From an uncultured Clostridia bacterium (GTDB lineage Bacteria; Bacillota; Clostridia; TANB77; CAG-508), in assembly GCA_944386135.1 (NCBI GenBank), contig CALWZW010000002.1, forward strand, positions 31,926 to 95,925: a stretch of DNA of 64,000 nucleotides. Direction: 5' to 3'. Position 1 is the first letter of the stretch; each line of letters begins with the position of its first letter. This document shows, piece by piece, positions 21,599 to 32,520 of this stretch. A model generated the notes under the pieces. It saw nothing but the letters and a program-made list of their open reading frames with translations. It searched no databases and had not been told where the DNA came from. The position numbers and the translations under genes are program-made.

Positions 21599-22402
21599 TT
21601 ACGCTAATATTTTTTGTTTGTCAAGGGATTTTTGTAAGTAAAATTTGCCATTATTTTGGACAAGTCCTACAAGTCTCACATTATCCCTTTTTAATTGTTT
21701 CTGTATGTTCAATAAAGTATCTTTTCTGTATATATAACTCTCATATATTATATTGTTTTCAAAGTCTTTTTCATTTTCAAATATTTCAAAATTATCTTTA
21801 TCATAATCTATTCTATAATCATTTATATTTATTCCTACAAAATTCTCTAACTCAACATTTTCTTGTAAATTTACTAGTATGGCTCCCGATTTTGTATAAT
21901 ATTTGTTTAATTGTTCTCCATCATAATCAAAATTAATTATTATATCTGTATGTAATAAGCTTTTTTTCTTATTATTAGTTATTTGAAGTGCAATTCCATA
22001 CTCTGTATAAAGCTCTTCTTCAAGATATCCAAACCCATTTGTAAAATCACTTATGATTTTTAATGATTTTACTCTTTTGGCAATTTCCATAATTTGCCCA
22101 ATAATTATATCATCCTTTTTATTTATAAGTATTGCAACATTTTGAGTTTCTAGTATTTTGCATTCTATTTTGCATATATAATTTACGATGTCATATAATA
22201 AGAATTTAAAAAGCCATCTTCCATTTAGTATTTTAATTCCATACTCATTTATGATTTCTATTAATTCCATATTTTGGCTCAATGTTTTATTCAAAGCAAC
22301 TACTATATCTTCTTTTTTGCTTATTCTATACAATTTTTTTGCAATTTTCTTCACTTTTCTTTTGTTTAAATCATCTTTTATATTTACATACACTGTTTTC
22401 AA
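21599..22402 (-). CDS. hypothetical cytoplasmic protein
   Basis: 267 aa ORF. No recognisable motif. Confidence 0.4.
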   Translation of the reverse strand: MKTVYVNIKDDLNKRKVKKIAKKLYRISKKEDIVVALNKTLSQNMELIEIINEYGIKILNGRWLFKFLLYDIVNYICKIECKILETQNVAILINKKDDIIIGQIMEIAKRVKSLKIISDFTNGFGYLEEELYTEYGIALQITNNKKKSLLHTDIIINFDYDGEQLNKYYTKSGAILVNLQENVELENFVGININDYRIDYDKDNFEIFENEKDFENNIIYESYIYRKDTLLNIQKQLKRDNVRLVGLVQNNGKFYLQKSLDKQKILA

Positions 22403-22480
22403 ATAATATCACCCGAATACATATCATCTAATAGGTTTCTCAATTCCTATCCATTAGATAAAATATATTCAGGTTAAATA

Positions 22481-24247
22481 CTAATTATTATCTTTTATGT
22501 CTAATTTTATATGAACATCTCTTAGTTGCTCTTCTGTAACCTTTCCAGGTGCTCCCATAAGTAAATCTTGTGCTTTACTATTCATAGGGAAAGCAATTAC
22601 GCTTCTTATATTTGGCTCATCTGTTAGTAACATTATCATTCTATCAACACCTGGTGCAATACCTGCATGAGGTGGAGCTCCATAGTGAAATGCATTAAAT
22701 AAAGCAGAAAATTTTTCTTCAATTACGTCTTTTGAGTAGCCTGCAACATCAAATGCTTTAATCATAAGTTCTGGGTCATGATTTCTTACAGCACCAGAAG
22801 AAAGCTCTATTCCATTACATACTATATCATATTGGTATGCAAGTATTTCAAGTGGATTCTTTGTTTCTAGAGCCTTCATCCCCCCTTGTGGCATTGAAAA
22901 TGGATTGTGACTAAATTCTATTTTTCCCTCATCAGATAACTCATACATTGGAAAATCTATTATCCAGCAAAATCTAAATACATCTTTTTCTATTAAGTCT
23001 AATCTATTTCCTAACTCTTTTCTTACTTCACCTGCAATATTTGCCACTACGTTTTCCTTATCTGCGATAAAGAAGATTGCTGCATTAGGTTCTAAACCAG
23101 TCATTTCCATTAAAGCTTTTTTATGTTCTTCATCAATAAATTTTGCAATAGAGCCTTGTAAAGTTCCATCTTCATGGACTTTAACCCATGCTAAGCCTTT
23201 TGCTCCACATTCAGATGTTGCAAATTCTACCATTTCATCAAAAAATCTTCTTGGCTTATCTGATATATTTTTGGCTACTATTGCTCTTATTGTTTTACCC
23301 TTGAATGCATTAAAATCTGTATCCTGAAATATCTCTGTCACATCTTGGATTATAAGTGGATTTCTTAAATCTGGTTTATCTGAACCATATTTAAGCATTG
23401 CATCTTTATATGTTATTCTTGGGAAAGGATATTCCGCAACTTTTTTATTTGAAAACTTTATAAAAGTATCATACATTACTTTTTCCATAACCTCAAAAAC
23501 ATCTTCTTGAGTTGCAAAAGCCATTTCCATATCTAATTGATAAAATTCTCCAGGTGCACGATCTGCTCTTGCATCTTCATCTCTAAAGCAAGGTGCTATT
23601 TGAAAATATTTATCTATTCCAGAAACCATAAGAAGTTGTTTAAATTGTTGTGGTGCTTGTGGAAGTGCATAAAACTTTCCTGGATGAACACGACTTGGTA
23701 CTAAATAATCTCTCGCGCCTTCTGGTGATGAGCTTGTAAGTATAGGTGTTTGTACTTCTGTAAATCCTCTTTCAATCATTTGAGTTCTTAAAAATTGCAA
23801 TATTTTAGACCTTAATAATATATTTTCTTTTAATTTTTCATTTCTTAAGTCTAAAAATCTATATTGTAACCTCAAATCTTCTCTTGCTTCTATATCAGAA
23901 TTAATCTCAAATGGTAAGTTTTTTAATCTTTTACCTAAGATTTCTATTTTTTCAATTTCAATTTCAATCTCTCCAGTAGGCATATCATTATTGATTGCCC
24001 CTTCTCCTCTTGGTCTTACTTTTCCTTCTACAGAAATTGTAGACTCTGTCAATATATTTGAAACCTCTTCAACTAATTCACTCTCTCCTGATGTTACAGC
24101 TTGAGTTATACCATATTGGTCTCTTACATCTACAAAGACCAATCCCCCTAAATTTCTTACAGATTGTACCCATCCTGCAATTTTAACAGTTTGTCCTATA
24201 TTTTCTTTTCTTAATTCTCCACAATTATGTGTTCTGTACTCATTCAT
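22481..24247 (-). CDS. aspS: aspartate--tRNA ligase
   Basis: MNEYRTHNCGELRKENIGQTVKIAGWVQSVR..FRDEDARADR..GGIAPGVDR. The true start is the internal MNEYRT at 24247. The 48-codon upstream extension in the ORF track is leader sequence. Confidence 0.9.
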   Translation of the reverse strand: MNEYRTHNCGELRKENIGQTVKIAGWVQSVRNLGGLVFVDVRDQYGITQAVTSGESELVEEVSNILTESTISVEGKVRPRGEGAINNDMPTGEIEIEIEKIEILGKRLKNLPFEINSDIEAREDLRLQYRFLDLRNEKLKENILLRSKILQFLRTQMIERGFTEVQTPILTSSSPEGARDYLVPSRVHPGKFYALPQAPQQFKQLLMVSGIDKYFQIAPCFRDEDARADRAPGEFYQLDMEMAFATQEDVFEVMEKVMYDTFIKFSNKKVAEYPFPRITYKDAMLKYGSDKPDLRNPLIIQDVTEIFQDTDFNAFKGKTIRAIVAKNISDKPRRFFDEMVEFATSECGAKGLAWVKVHEDGTLQGSIAKFIDEEHKKALMEMTGLEPNAAIFFIADKENVVANIAGEVRKELGNRLDLIEKDVFRFCWIIDFPMYELSDEGKIEFSHNPFSMPQGGMKALETKNPLEILAYQYDIVCNGIELSSGAVRNHDPELMIKAFDVAGYSKDVIEEKFSALFNAFHYGAPPHAGIAPGVDRMIMLLTDEPNIRSVIAFPMNSKAQDLLMGAPGKVTEEQLRDVHIKLDIKDNN

Positions 24248-24316
24248 CTTTTTTCTCCCTTTTAACTTTTTAAATTTCTTAAAGTTTTCAAAGAATTGCG
24301 TTTTGGCTAGGCGTTC

Positions 24317-24355
24317 AAAAAAGAAATACCGGAAGCGTACTTGCTGTACGCTGAG
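24317..24355 (-). terminator. probable rho-independent terminator between mltG and aspS
   Basis: On the minus strand: CAGCGTAC-AGCAA-GTACGCTTCCGG stem followed by TATTTCTTTTTT. Confidence 0.45.
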
Positions 24356-24403
24356 GATTTTCTTTTGAAGAACAACAACGCCAAAACACAATTATTTGGA
24401 AAC

Positions 24404-25540
24404 TCAGTCAAATTCTATCCAAGCACCAGAAGCCTTTAATTCATTTACTTTTGCTTGGTGCTCTTCATTTGTTTTTGTAAAATATATATTTCCTGAAGCA
24501 TCAGCAACAAAGAATAGATAATCTGTATCATTTGGATATATCGCAGCTTCTATTGAAGCTTTTCCAACCGAGCAAATAGGTCCTACAGGAAGTTTTCCTT
24601 CCATTCCTGGTCCTCGTGTATTATATGGGTTATAAGTATTTATTTCTGACTTATACAAATCTCTACTTCCAAGTTCTATTTTGAATGCATAATATGTTGT
24701 AACATCACTACCAATGCTCATTCCTTGTGCAAGTCTGTTATAGATAACACTTGTTACATCTTTTCTATCTTTATCGTAGATTGCTTCAGTTTCTGCAATA
24801 GACGCAATTGTTAATAATTCATGAACAGTGTAACCACTATTTTCAATATCTTCTCTATATGGTTCTAATACCTTTCCCATTTGGTCTAGAAGTGTTTTAA
24901 ATATTTCTTCTACTGTAACATCTTCACTTTCAAATGAATATGTATCTGGAAACAAATATCCTTCTAATGGATAATATATATTTTCATCTTTAATCTCATC
25001 AGTTAGAAACCAATATTCTTCAATAAGACTATTTATATATTCTTCATTTTCTAAAAGTGCAAAAACATCTGCTTCTGTGTTATTAGTGCTGTTTGCAATT
25101 TCTTGTGCAATGTATGTCATTGTCCTTCCTTCTATAAATGTTATGCTTAGCTGATTATCTTTATATACCTTACCTGTTTGTAAAGTTTCAATTATATCAG
25201 GTACAGTCATGTCCTTTGTAAGAGTATATGAGCCAGCTTGGAAAGAAGAGATATTATTTAGCTTTACATAGATTTTAAATGCTAGTTCACTTTTTATCAT
25301 ATCATTTTCTTTCAAAATACTTGCTATTTTGCTAGTTCCTGAGCCCATAGCTATATCTATTTGGACTTTTTCTTCTGATGAGCCCGTACCAGATAAACAT
25401 ATATTATACCACACAATAGCTGAAATTACCATAGCTATTATAATAATTAGTAAAGCAATTACTACTATCATTACTTTTTTACCTTTACCACTTTTTTCTG
25501 AATGTTTACTTCTTTTGTTTTTTACTTCAACTTCTTCCAT
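24404..25540 (-). CDS. mltG: endolytic murein transglycosylase MltG (YceG family)
   Basis: N-terminal TM. YceG-like motifs YYAFKIE...NTYNPYNTRGPG...LPVGPICS. Confidence 0.8.
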   Translation of the reverse strand: MEEVEVKNKRSKHSEKSGKGKKVMIVVIALLIIIIAMVISAIVWYNICLSGTGSSEEKVQIDIAMGSGTSKIASILKENDMIKSELAFKIYVKLNNISSFQAGSYTLTKDMTVPDIIETLQTGKVYKDNQLSITFIEGRTMTYIAQEIANSTNNTEADVFALLENEEYINSLIEEYWFLTDEIKDENIYYPLEGYLFPDTYSFESEDVTVEEIFKTLLDQMGKVLEPYREDIENSGYTVHELLTIASIAETEAIYDKDRKDVTSVIYNRLAQGMSIGSDVTTYYAFKIELGSRDLYKSEINTYNPYNTRGPGMEGKLPVGPICSVGKASIEAAIYPNDTDYLFFVADASGNIYFTKTNEEHQAKVNELKASGAWIEFD

Positions 25541-25552
25541 ATTCTATTCCCC

Positions 25553-26602
25553 TTATAAATTATTTTCACTAACAAATTCATTATTTAAAATATTATTGTT
25601 TGTTATTAAAACACTTCCACCAATTTCTCTAAGTCTTGGGATAAGTTCTATAACAAACCTTTCTAAGTATGTAGTATCCAAGTTTACATTTTCCAAATTA
25701 AGATTTACTGTATACTGTTCTTTTGCAATAACATCTAAAATAATTTCTTCAATAACTTCTTTTCTTGAATCAAAATCTTGCAAATTATCTGCCTTTATTG
25801 TTTCATTAGTTATTTCTATTGCATTATTTATATCAGCATCTTTAGATGAAAAATCACTATCTTCCATATTTGTTCTCTTAGTCTCTTTATCAGTTGTATT
25901 TTTCTCTTGTATATATCCTATATTGCCCTCATAAGTTAAAACTTTTATCCAACCAGACTTTTCTGCATTTTCTATAAATATAACTTCTTCGCCCTCATCT
26001 ATTTTCTGTATAGTACTTGAGAAAAAGCTTGTCTTTTCCTTTAGTGAAACTTTTTTAGTAGTTTTAACTGTTGTTAATTCTTTGTACATTGATAAGACTA
26101 CACTTGTATTTTCTGTTGTTGTAACTTCTATATTATATACATTTGTTAATTCTGATATTGGAATATAGTATCCTGTATCATATTTTATAATACCAGCTGT
26201 AAGAGAAAGTGTTGCAGAATTTAGTTCTTCTGTATTATTATTTACATCTATTGCTGCAACCTTTGTTCCATAAGTTGTTATTATCTTTCCTGATGTTTCT
26301 TCATAATATATATTTTCGTCAAATATATTTTTTATATCATCCATAGACATATACAATATTCCATTTGTATCAATATATATATCTGACACCAAATTTTCTG
26401 TAACATCTTGTTTATCAACAATTAATCTTAATTCCTCAGAGCTATTATCTTTAGCAAATATGCCTTTAATTAACAAAATTAAAACTACTAATATTACTAT
26501 TAAAAGTATTAGTCTTGGAATAAGTTTCTTTTTATTTAACTTTTTCTTTTTTTTCATATATTTCTCCATTTTCATATTATAATTCATATTCTCTAAGCTC
26601 AC
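25553..26602 (-). CDS. hypothetical membrane-anchored protein, Lys-rich N-terminus, possible SH3b-like segment
   Basis: 349 aa. TM LIPRLILLIVILVVLILLI. GWIKVLTYEGNIGYI resembles an SH3_3 domain. Confidence 0.35.
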   Translation of the reverse strand: MSLENMNYNMKMEKYMKKKKKLNKKKLIPRLILLIVILVVLILLIKGIFAKDNSSEELRLIVDKQDVTENLVSDIYIDTNGILYMSMDDIKNIFDENIYYEETSGKIITTYGTKVAAIDVNNNTEELNSATLSLTAGIIKYDTGYYIPISELTNVYNIEVTTTENTSVVLSMYKELTTVKTTKKVSLKEKTSFFSSTIQKIDEGEEVIFIENAEKSGWIKVLTYEGNIGYIQEKNTTDKETKRTNMEDSDFSSKDADINNAIEITNETIKADNLQDFDSRKEVIEEIILDVIAKEQYTVNLNLENVNLDTTYLERFVIELIPRLREIGGSVLITNNNILNNEFVSENNL

Positions 26603-27126
26603 AGTTTTTTACTCCAGTTGAAAGCAATTTTCCATTTTCCGGAATTCCGCACAAAGTATGCATTGATTGCTCGTATTGTTCCACCATGAGTTACAATCAT
26701 CACATTTTTGTCATTATATTTTTCTTTTACTTCATTCAAAAATTCTGATGTTCTTTCACATAAATCACTTAGACTTTCTAAACCTTTTATACTTCCATGA
26801 TAATTTATATCATATAGGTCATTAATTGTAGCTTCCTTACTTTTTTCGATTTTCGCACCTTCTAGTTCTCCAAATCCTCTTTCGACTATTTTATCACTAT
26901 ATATAATCTTAATCTGCCCATTACTTATTATTTCTGCCGTCTTTTTTGCTCTTTTTAAAGGTGATGAAATTATTAAATCTATATTGTAATTTTGTTTTTC
27001 TAAATTATCTCTTAATGCATTTGCTTGTCTGATGCCATTACTGTTTAATTCTATATCTACATGTCCTTGCATTTTTCTTTCTACATTCCAGTCAGTTTCT
27101 CCATGTCTTACAACTAATAACCTCAT
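26599..27126 (-). CDS. histidine phosphatase family protein (phosphoglycerate mutase-like)
   Basis: LLVVRHGETDWN...GH catalytic motif. Confidence 0.75.
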   Translation of the reverse strand: MRLLVVRHGETDWNVERKMQGHVDIELNSNGIRQANALRDNLEKQNYNIDLIISSPLKRAKKTAEIISNGQIKIIYSDKIVERGFGELEGAKIEKSKEATINDLYDINYHGSIKGLESLSDLCERTSEFLNEVKEKYNDKNVMIVTHGGTIRAINAYFVRNSGKWKIAFNWSKKL

Positions 27127-27235
27127 GTTTTTCCTCCATAATAATATAAATATTAGATTAAATAATTTTATAATATTTTTTTATAAATGTCCATATAAAA
27201 AATTAAAAATCTCTCATTGTTAAACAAAAGAATTT

Positions 27236-27586
27236 CTATTCTATCCCCTCAATTCCTCCTCTTAAAGAATATAGGTTTGTATACCCTTGATTTTCTAGAA
27301 TTTCATATGCTTTTTTACTTCTGCTACCTTGTTGACAATAAAGTATAATTGTTTTGTTTTTATCCTTAAGCAATTTACTTGCTTCTTTTTTTAAATCATA
27401 TAGAGGAATATTTATTGCAAATCTTATTCTATTTTCCGCATATTCTTGTGGGCTTCTTATATCTATAATCTCTATTTCAGTATTAGAATTTATTAACTCT
27501 TTTAGCTCTCTATAACTAATTTCTCTTATTGTACCTAAATCTCTATTCTTTTTTAGTTTTTTAACTAGTTTTCTTACTATTTCCAT
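27236..27586 (-). CDS. rhodanese-like sulfurtransferase domain protein
   Basis: 116 aa. Active-site loop YCQQGSRS. Confidence 0.7.
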   Translation of the reverse strand: MEIVRKLVKKLKKNRDLGTIREISYRELKELINSNTEIEIIDIRSPQEYAENRIRFAINIPLYDLKKEASKLLKDKNKTIILYCQQGSRSKKAYEILENQGYTNLYSLRGGIEGIE

Positions 27587-27804
27587 TTACTTATTCATCC
27601 TCTCTTTAAGTCATATTGTTTAAAGTAGAATATTTGCGCTTTTACTACAATATATGACATATTTTTCTAAACTGTTCACATTGTTACGAATATTTTTCAA
27701 TGTTTTGACTTATATTACTAAAATATTACAGATATTTTTCAATTTTGTGTCTAAAATGTGTTTTATGTAAAATTTTTGCAACATTTTTAGTTTACATTTT
27801 GACG

Positions 27805-27847
27805 TTATCCACACTTTTTATTAAAATGTGGATAACTTTGTGAATAA
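27805..27847. promoter_or_regulatory. DnaA-box cluster: TTATCCACA, TGTGGATAA (inverted pair) and TGTGAATAA
   Basis: Two consensus 9-mers at 27805-27813 and 27827-27835, plus a one-mismatch box at 27839-27847. They sit inside a 440 bp AT-rich intergenic region. Confidence 0.5.
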
Positions 27848-28036
27848 CTGTCGTTTTTAACTTTTGAAGGTTTTAATTTTATACAGTTAAAATAATTTAT
27901 TTAATTATGTGAATTCTTTATTTTATTTTTCAAGTTATTATGTGTACAATTCTTTTGTTCGCAAAAAATAAACAGAAGTAGCAATTTTTCTTTGCTAACT
28001 TCTGCTTGACTTTTTGATATGATAACATACGTAAAT

Positions 28037-28333
28037 TTATCTTGTTATCCAATATACAATAAGAACTACTTCTGTGATTAAAATAACTGGCAGCCCAACT
28101 GTAAATTTAAGTTTTTTCGTCTTATGTCTAAATAAATACATTCCAGTTATTGTACCAATTCCCCCTCCAAGAATCGTAAGTAAAAAAAGTGTTTTTTCAG
28201 GTATTCTCCAAGCTCCTCTTTTTGCTTTTTCCTTATCTATGAACATTGCAAGAAAACCTACTATATTAATTACAACTAAATATATTATTATATTTTTTAG
28301 TGGAAATATTTCTAAAAATGTTTCAAAATCCAT
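28037..28333 (-). CDS. DUF1294 membrane protein
   Basis: 98 aa. KAKRGAWRIPEKTL...GGGIGT..GMYLFRHKT is the DUF1294 signature. Confidence 0.6.
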   Translation of the reverse strand: MDFETFLEIFPLKNIIIYLVVINIVGFLAMFIDKEKAKRGAWRIPEKTLFLLTILGGGIGTITGMYLFRHKTKKLKFTVGLPVILITEVVLIVYWITR

Positions 28334-28388
28334 AAACTTTCCTTTCTAATAATTTTTGTATAATAATCGATTATTTCCGCCTACCTTT

Positions 28389-31300
28389 TTAAAACATGCT
28401 ATCAAACAAACTCATCTGATTAGTTTCACTCATGCCTTCAAGGCACCCAAATTTTTCAAGCAAAGCAATTGTAGAATCTCCAACCTTTGCACGTTTTTTT
28501 ATATCTTGTTTTGATATAAACTCTCCATTCTCACGTGCCGCTTGAATTCCTTGTGCAGCTATTTGTCCCATTCCAGCTATACTATTTAATGGTGGACGTA
28601 TGCTACCATCTTCTACCTTAAATTTTATAGCATCTGACTTATATAAGTCAATAGGTAAGAAATTAAGTCCTCTTTCATACATTTCAAGTACTAGTTCCAA
28701 TATTGAATACATGTTTTTATCCTTAGCTGATGCATCATTTCCAAGCCTTTTTATGTCTGCCATTTTTTCTTTTACTTTACTTTTTCCAAATATCATTATT
28801 TCGCTATCAAATTCATCTGCTCTTATTGAGAAGAAAGTTGCATAATATGCAAGAGGCATATGAACTTTAAACCAGGCTATACGAAACGCCATAGTTACAT
28901 AAGCAACCGCATGTGCTTTTGGGAACATGTACTCAATTTTTTTACAAGAATCTATGTACCAGTCAGGAACATCGTGTTCTCTCATAAGAGCTTCTTGTTC
29001 TTCTGATAATCCTTTACCTTTACGTACGGATTCCATTATTTTAAATGAATTTTGTGCAGGAAGTCCTTTGTTTATAAGATATATCATAATATCATCTCTT
29101 GTACATATTGCTTCAGCAAGGGTAGCTGTACCTGATTTTATTAAATCTTGTGCATTATTAGTCCATACGTTAGTACCATGCGACAAACCTGATATTCTTA
29201 TAAGTTCTTCAAATGTTTTAGGTAGTGTTTCAACAAGCATTTCTCTAACAAATCTTGTTCCAAATTCTGGTACGCCGAATGTTCCTACTTTAGAATCTAT
29301 TTGTTCAGGTCTAACACCTAGTGCTTCTGTAGAAGAGAATATTGACATTGTCGCTTTATCATCAAGTGGTATACTTTTTGGGTCAACATTCGTAATATCT
29401 TGAAGCATTCTTATTACTGTTGGATCATCGTGACCTAGCATATCGAACTTAAGTAAGTTTTTATCTATTGAGTGATAGTCAAAGTGTGTTGTTATTATAT
29501 CTGAATTAGGATCATCTGCTGGATGTTGTACAGGACAAAACTCATATATTTCACGTCCTTGAGGCACAACAATAACTCCACCTGGGTGTTGCCCAGTTGT
29601 TCTTTTTACTCCAGTACATCCCTTTGCAAGTCTCTCTATTTCGGCTGAACTTGTATGTATATTTCTTTCTTCAAAATAATTTTTTACATATCCATAAGCT
29701 GTTTTTTCTGCTATTGTACCTATTGTACCTGCTTTAAAAGTTGTACCTTTTCCAAGAATTACTTCTGCATATTTATGAGCTTTAGTTTGATATTCTCCAG
29801 AAAAGTTAAGGTCTATATCAGGCTCTTTATCTCCATTAAATCCTAGGAATGTTTCAAATGGAATATCTACTCCATCTTTAACAAGCTTTGTACCACATTT
29901 AGGACAATTTGCATCTGGTAAGTCGAAACCATTTTTAACCCCATGGCCTGAAAAATCTGAATACTTACATTTTGGGCACCTATAATGCGGTTTTAAGGCA
30001 TTAACTTCCGTTATACCTGTCATATAGGCTGCAAGAGAAGAACCTACAGAACCTCTTGAACCTACCAAGTATCCATCCTCATTAGATTTCCACACAAGTT
30101 TTTGAGCTATTATGTACATTACCGAGAAGCCATTTCTTATAATTGAATCTAGTTCCTTTTTTAATCTTGTTTCTACAATTTCTGGAAGTGGATCTCCATA
30201 TAATTCTTTTGCTCTATTCATGGCAATATCTTCAATGGTTTTTTCGCATCCTTCAATATGTGGAGGGCACTTTTCCTTAGAAATTGGACTAATTGGTTCA
30301 CACATATCCGCTATTTTATTAGTGTTTGTTACAACAACTTCATAAGCTTTTTCTCTTCCTAGATATGCAAATTCATCTAACATTTCCTCCGTTGTGCGTA
30401 AATATAAAGGAGCTTGCATGTCTGCATCATCAAATTTTTGTCCAGCCATTAATATTCTTCTATATATTTCATCTTCAGGATCCATAAAATGGACATCACA
30501 AGTTGCAACTACAGGTTTTCCAAGTTTTTCACCTAATGCTACTATTTTTCTGTTTATTTCCATTAATCCATCTCGATTCTCCATTGTACCATTTCTTATT
30601 AAATATTCATTGTTACCTAATGGCTGTATTTCTAAATAATCATAAAATGATGCAATTTCCTCTATTTTTTCTTCTGATAGCCCCTCTAATATAGCTTGAT
30701 ATAGCTCTCCTCTATCACATGCACTACCTATTATTAGTCCTTCACTATATTTTCTGTATACACTTCTTGGAATTTTAGGTTTTTTATAAAAATAATCCAA
30801 ATGAGAAAAAGATATTAGTTTATATAGATTTTTTAGTCCTACATAATTTTTCGTTAAAATAACAGCATGATATGTTGGTAAATGTTTCAAGTTCAATTCG
30901 TCTTTATATGCATTATCAATTTCATTTACTGTTGTAACACCTTTTTCTTTTAGTTTTTTAATCATTACCTCAAAAACTTTTACAAGTGTTTTTACATCGT
31001 CTAAAGCTCTGTGTGCAACATCAACTCTTATTCCTAGGTTATCAGCTATAACTCCAAGTTTATGTTTTTTATAATCTGGAAACATATCTCTTGCAAGTGC
31101 GAGAGTATCAATATATGTATTATTTAGTTTATATCCTTGTAGCTCCGCAAAATGTCTAATAAATCCAATATCAAAATTTGCATTGTGTGCAACTAAAACA
31201 TCATCTCCTATAAATTCTAGGAATTTGGGTAATACTTGCTCTATTGTTTCTGCATCTCTTACCATATCATCTGTAATATGTGTAACTTTGATTACTTCAT

Positions 31301-32372
31301 AAGGTATTGGTTTTTCTGGATTTACAAAGCATTCAAAAGTATCTATAATTTCACCGTTTTTTATTTTTATAGCACCAAATTCAGTGATTTTTTCTGTTCT
31401 AAATGAAAGTCCTGTTGTCTCTATATCTAATACGCAATATTCTGTATCTAAATTTTGGTTTTTAGGGTTATATACACTTGTTTGTCCATCTGGAACAAGG
31501 TACGCTTCGACTCCATATAGTACTTTTATATCTCCTTTATTATCTTCCACTACATGATTAGCTTTAGGAAAAGATTGTACTACTCCATGGTCTGTAATTG
31601 CAATAGCCTTCATCCCCCATTTTCTGGCGCGATTTATAAGATCTTCTACTGGTGTTACTCCATCCATTTGGCTCATTTGAGTATGCATATGAAGTTCTAC
31701 TCTTTTTACTTCACTTCTGTCCATTCTTGTCATCTCATTTTTAGCTTCTGCTTCCATAACTACATTTGCCATAATAGTTACTTCTTTTGAAAATGGGTCA
31801 AATTGAGCATTTCCAGAGACAGTAACTCTAGGTGCAGAATTTATTCTATCTAATACTTTATCCTTTACATCTGGTTCTATGAAAGCTTTGCAAGTTATTG
31901 TACAAGAACCATCATATACATTTATCATTAGAAGGAATTTACCAGACTTAAGTTCTTTTAATTCCTGTTTTATTATTTTTCCACAGATAACTACTTTTCC
32001 ACTATCCATGTTTATATCTTTTACTTTTACAACTTTGTCTGTAATTTTGGCTTTTTTGTTTCCTATTATTACTGGAGTGTACTCCTCTTGCTTTTCTTCT
32101 CCATTTTCTGTTGAATTTTTAGTTTGTTTGTGTGTTTTTGTTTCATGGACATCTACGTTTATCTCAACGTCTTGGACTCTAAATTTACTTTTTAGATAAA
32201 ATTCAAATGCTAATTTTTCACCAATTTGTATTTTGTTTGAAGATTTTAAATCTATTTCTAGTTTATTTGATTTTTTAAAAATACTTACATTTACTATTTC
32301 ACATTCTTGGATATTTCCATTTGCTTCATAGTCTTTAAATACGTCCTTTACTTTCTTTGCTTCATTTGTCAT
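28389..32372 (-). CDS. polC: DNA polymerase III alpha subunit, Gram-positive PolC type
   Basis: 1327 aa. PHP domain (HMHTQMS), inserted DnaQ-like exonuclease (YCVLDIETTGLS), C4 zinc module (CPKC..CPKC), polymerase core and C-terminal HhH/OB. Confidence 0.95.
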   Translation of the reverse strand: MTNEAKKVKDVFKDYEANGNIQECEIVNVSIFKKSNKLEIDLKSSNKIQIGEKLAFEFYLKSKFRVQDVEINVDVHETKTHKQTKNSTENGEEKQEEYTPVIIGNKKAKITDKVVKVKDINMDSGKVVICGKIIKQELKELKSGKFLLMINVYDGSCTITCKAFIEPDVKDKVLDRINSAPRVTVSGNAQFDPFSKEVTIMANVVMEAEAKNEMTRMDRSEVKRVELHMHTQMSQMDGVTPVEDLINRARKWGMKAIAITDHGVVQSFPKANHVVEDNKGDIKVLYGVEAYLVPDGQTSVYNPKNQNLDTEYCVLDIETTGLSFRTEKITEFGAIKIKNGEIIDTFECFVNPEKPIPYEVIKVTHITDDMVRDAETIEQVLPKFLEFIGDDVLVAHNANFDIGFIRHFAELQGYKLNNTYIDTLALARDMFPDYKKHKLGVIADNLGIRVDVAHRALDDVKTLVKVFEVMIKKLKEKGVTTVNEIDNAYKDELNLKHLPTYHAVILTKNYVGLKNLYKLISFSHLDYFYKKPKIPRSVYRKYSEGLIIGSACDRGELYQAILEGLSEEKIEEIASFYDYLEIQPLGNNEYLIRNGTMENRDGLMEINRKIVALGEKLGKPVVATCDVHFMDPEDEIYRRILMAGQKFDDADMQAPLYLRTTEEMLDEFAYLGREKAYEVVVTNTNKIADMCEPISPISKEKCPPHIEGCEKTIEDIAMNRAKELYGDPLPEIVETRLKKELDSIIRNGFSVMYIIAQKLVWKSNEDGYLVGSRGSVGSSLAAYMTGITEVNALKPHYRCPKCKYSDFSGHGVKNGFDLPDANCPKCGTKLVKDGVDIPFETFLGFNGDKEPDIDLNFSGEYQTKAHKYAEVILGKGTTFKAGTIGTIAEKTAYGYVKNYFEERNIHTSSAEIERLAKGCTGVKRTTGQHPGGVIVVPQGREIYEFCPVQHPADDPNSDIITTHFDYHSIDKNLLKFDMLGHDDPTVIRMLQDITNVDPKSIPLDDKATMSIFSSTEALGVRPEQIDSKVGTFGVPEFGTRFVREMLVETLPKTFEELIRISGLSHGTNVWTNNAQDLIKSGTATLAEAICTRDDIMIYLINKGLPAQNSFKIMESVRKGKGLSEEQEALMREHDVPDWYIDSCKKIEYMFPKAHAVAYVTMAFRIAWFKVHMPLAYYATFFSIRADEFDSEIMIFGKSKVKEKMADIKRLGNDASAKDKNMYSILELVLEMYERGLNFLPIDLYKSDAIKFKVEDGSIRPPLNSIAGMGQIAAQGIQAARENGEFISKQDIKKRAKVGDSTIALLEKFGCLEGMSETNQMSLFDSMF

Positions 32373-32520
32373 TTATTTTCTGCCTCCAATTTTAGTATAA
32401 TTGTTAGTTCATTAACTTGTATTTTATATCAGTAAAATATAAAAATCAAGATAGAAATTATGAAATTTTTATATACCAAAGTAAGACGACCAAAGGCCGT
32501 CTCACTTATTCTTCGTTATG

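Noticed and set aside
24248-24403. T-box riboswitch upstream of aspS (and of glyQS at 18109-18125)
   Set aside because: No AATTAGGGTGGNACCGCG-like T-box core was found. The aspS leader is only about 155 nt. glyQS has only 17 bp upstream, so it is co-transcribed. Only a terminator-like hairpin is seen.
27590-28036. Possible chromosomal replication origin (oriC)
   Set aside because: DnaA boxes are present, but there is no dnaA/dnaN or AT-rich DUE context and the flanking genes are unrelated. I treat it as a secondary DnaA-box cluster rather than oriC.
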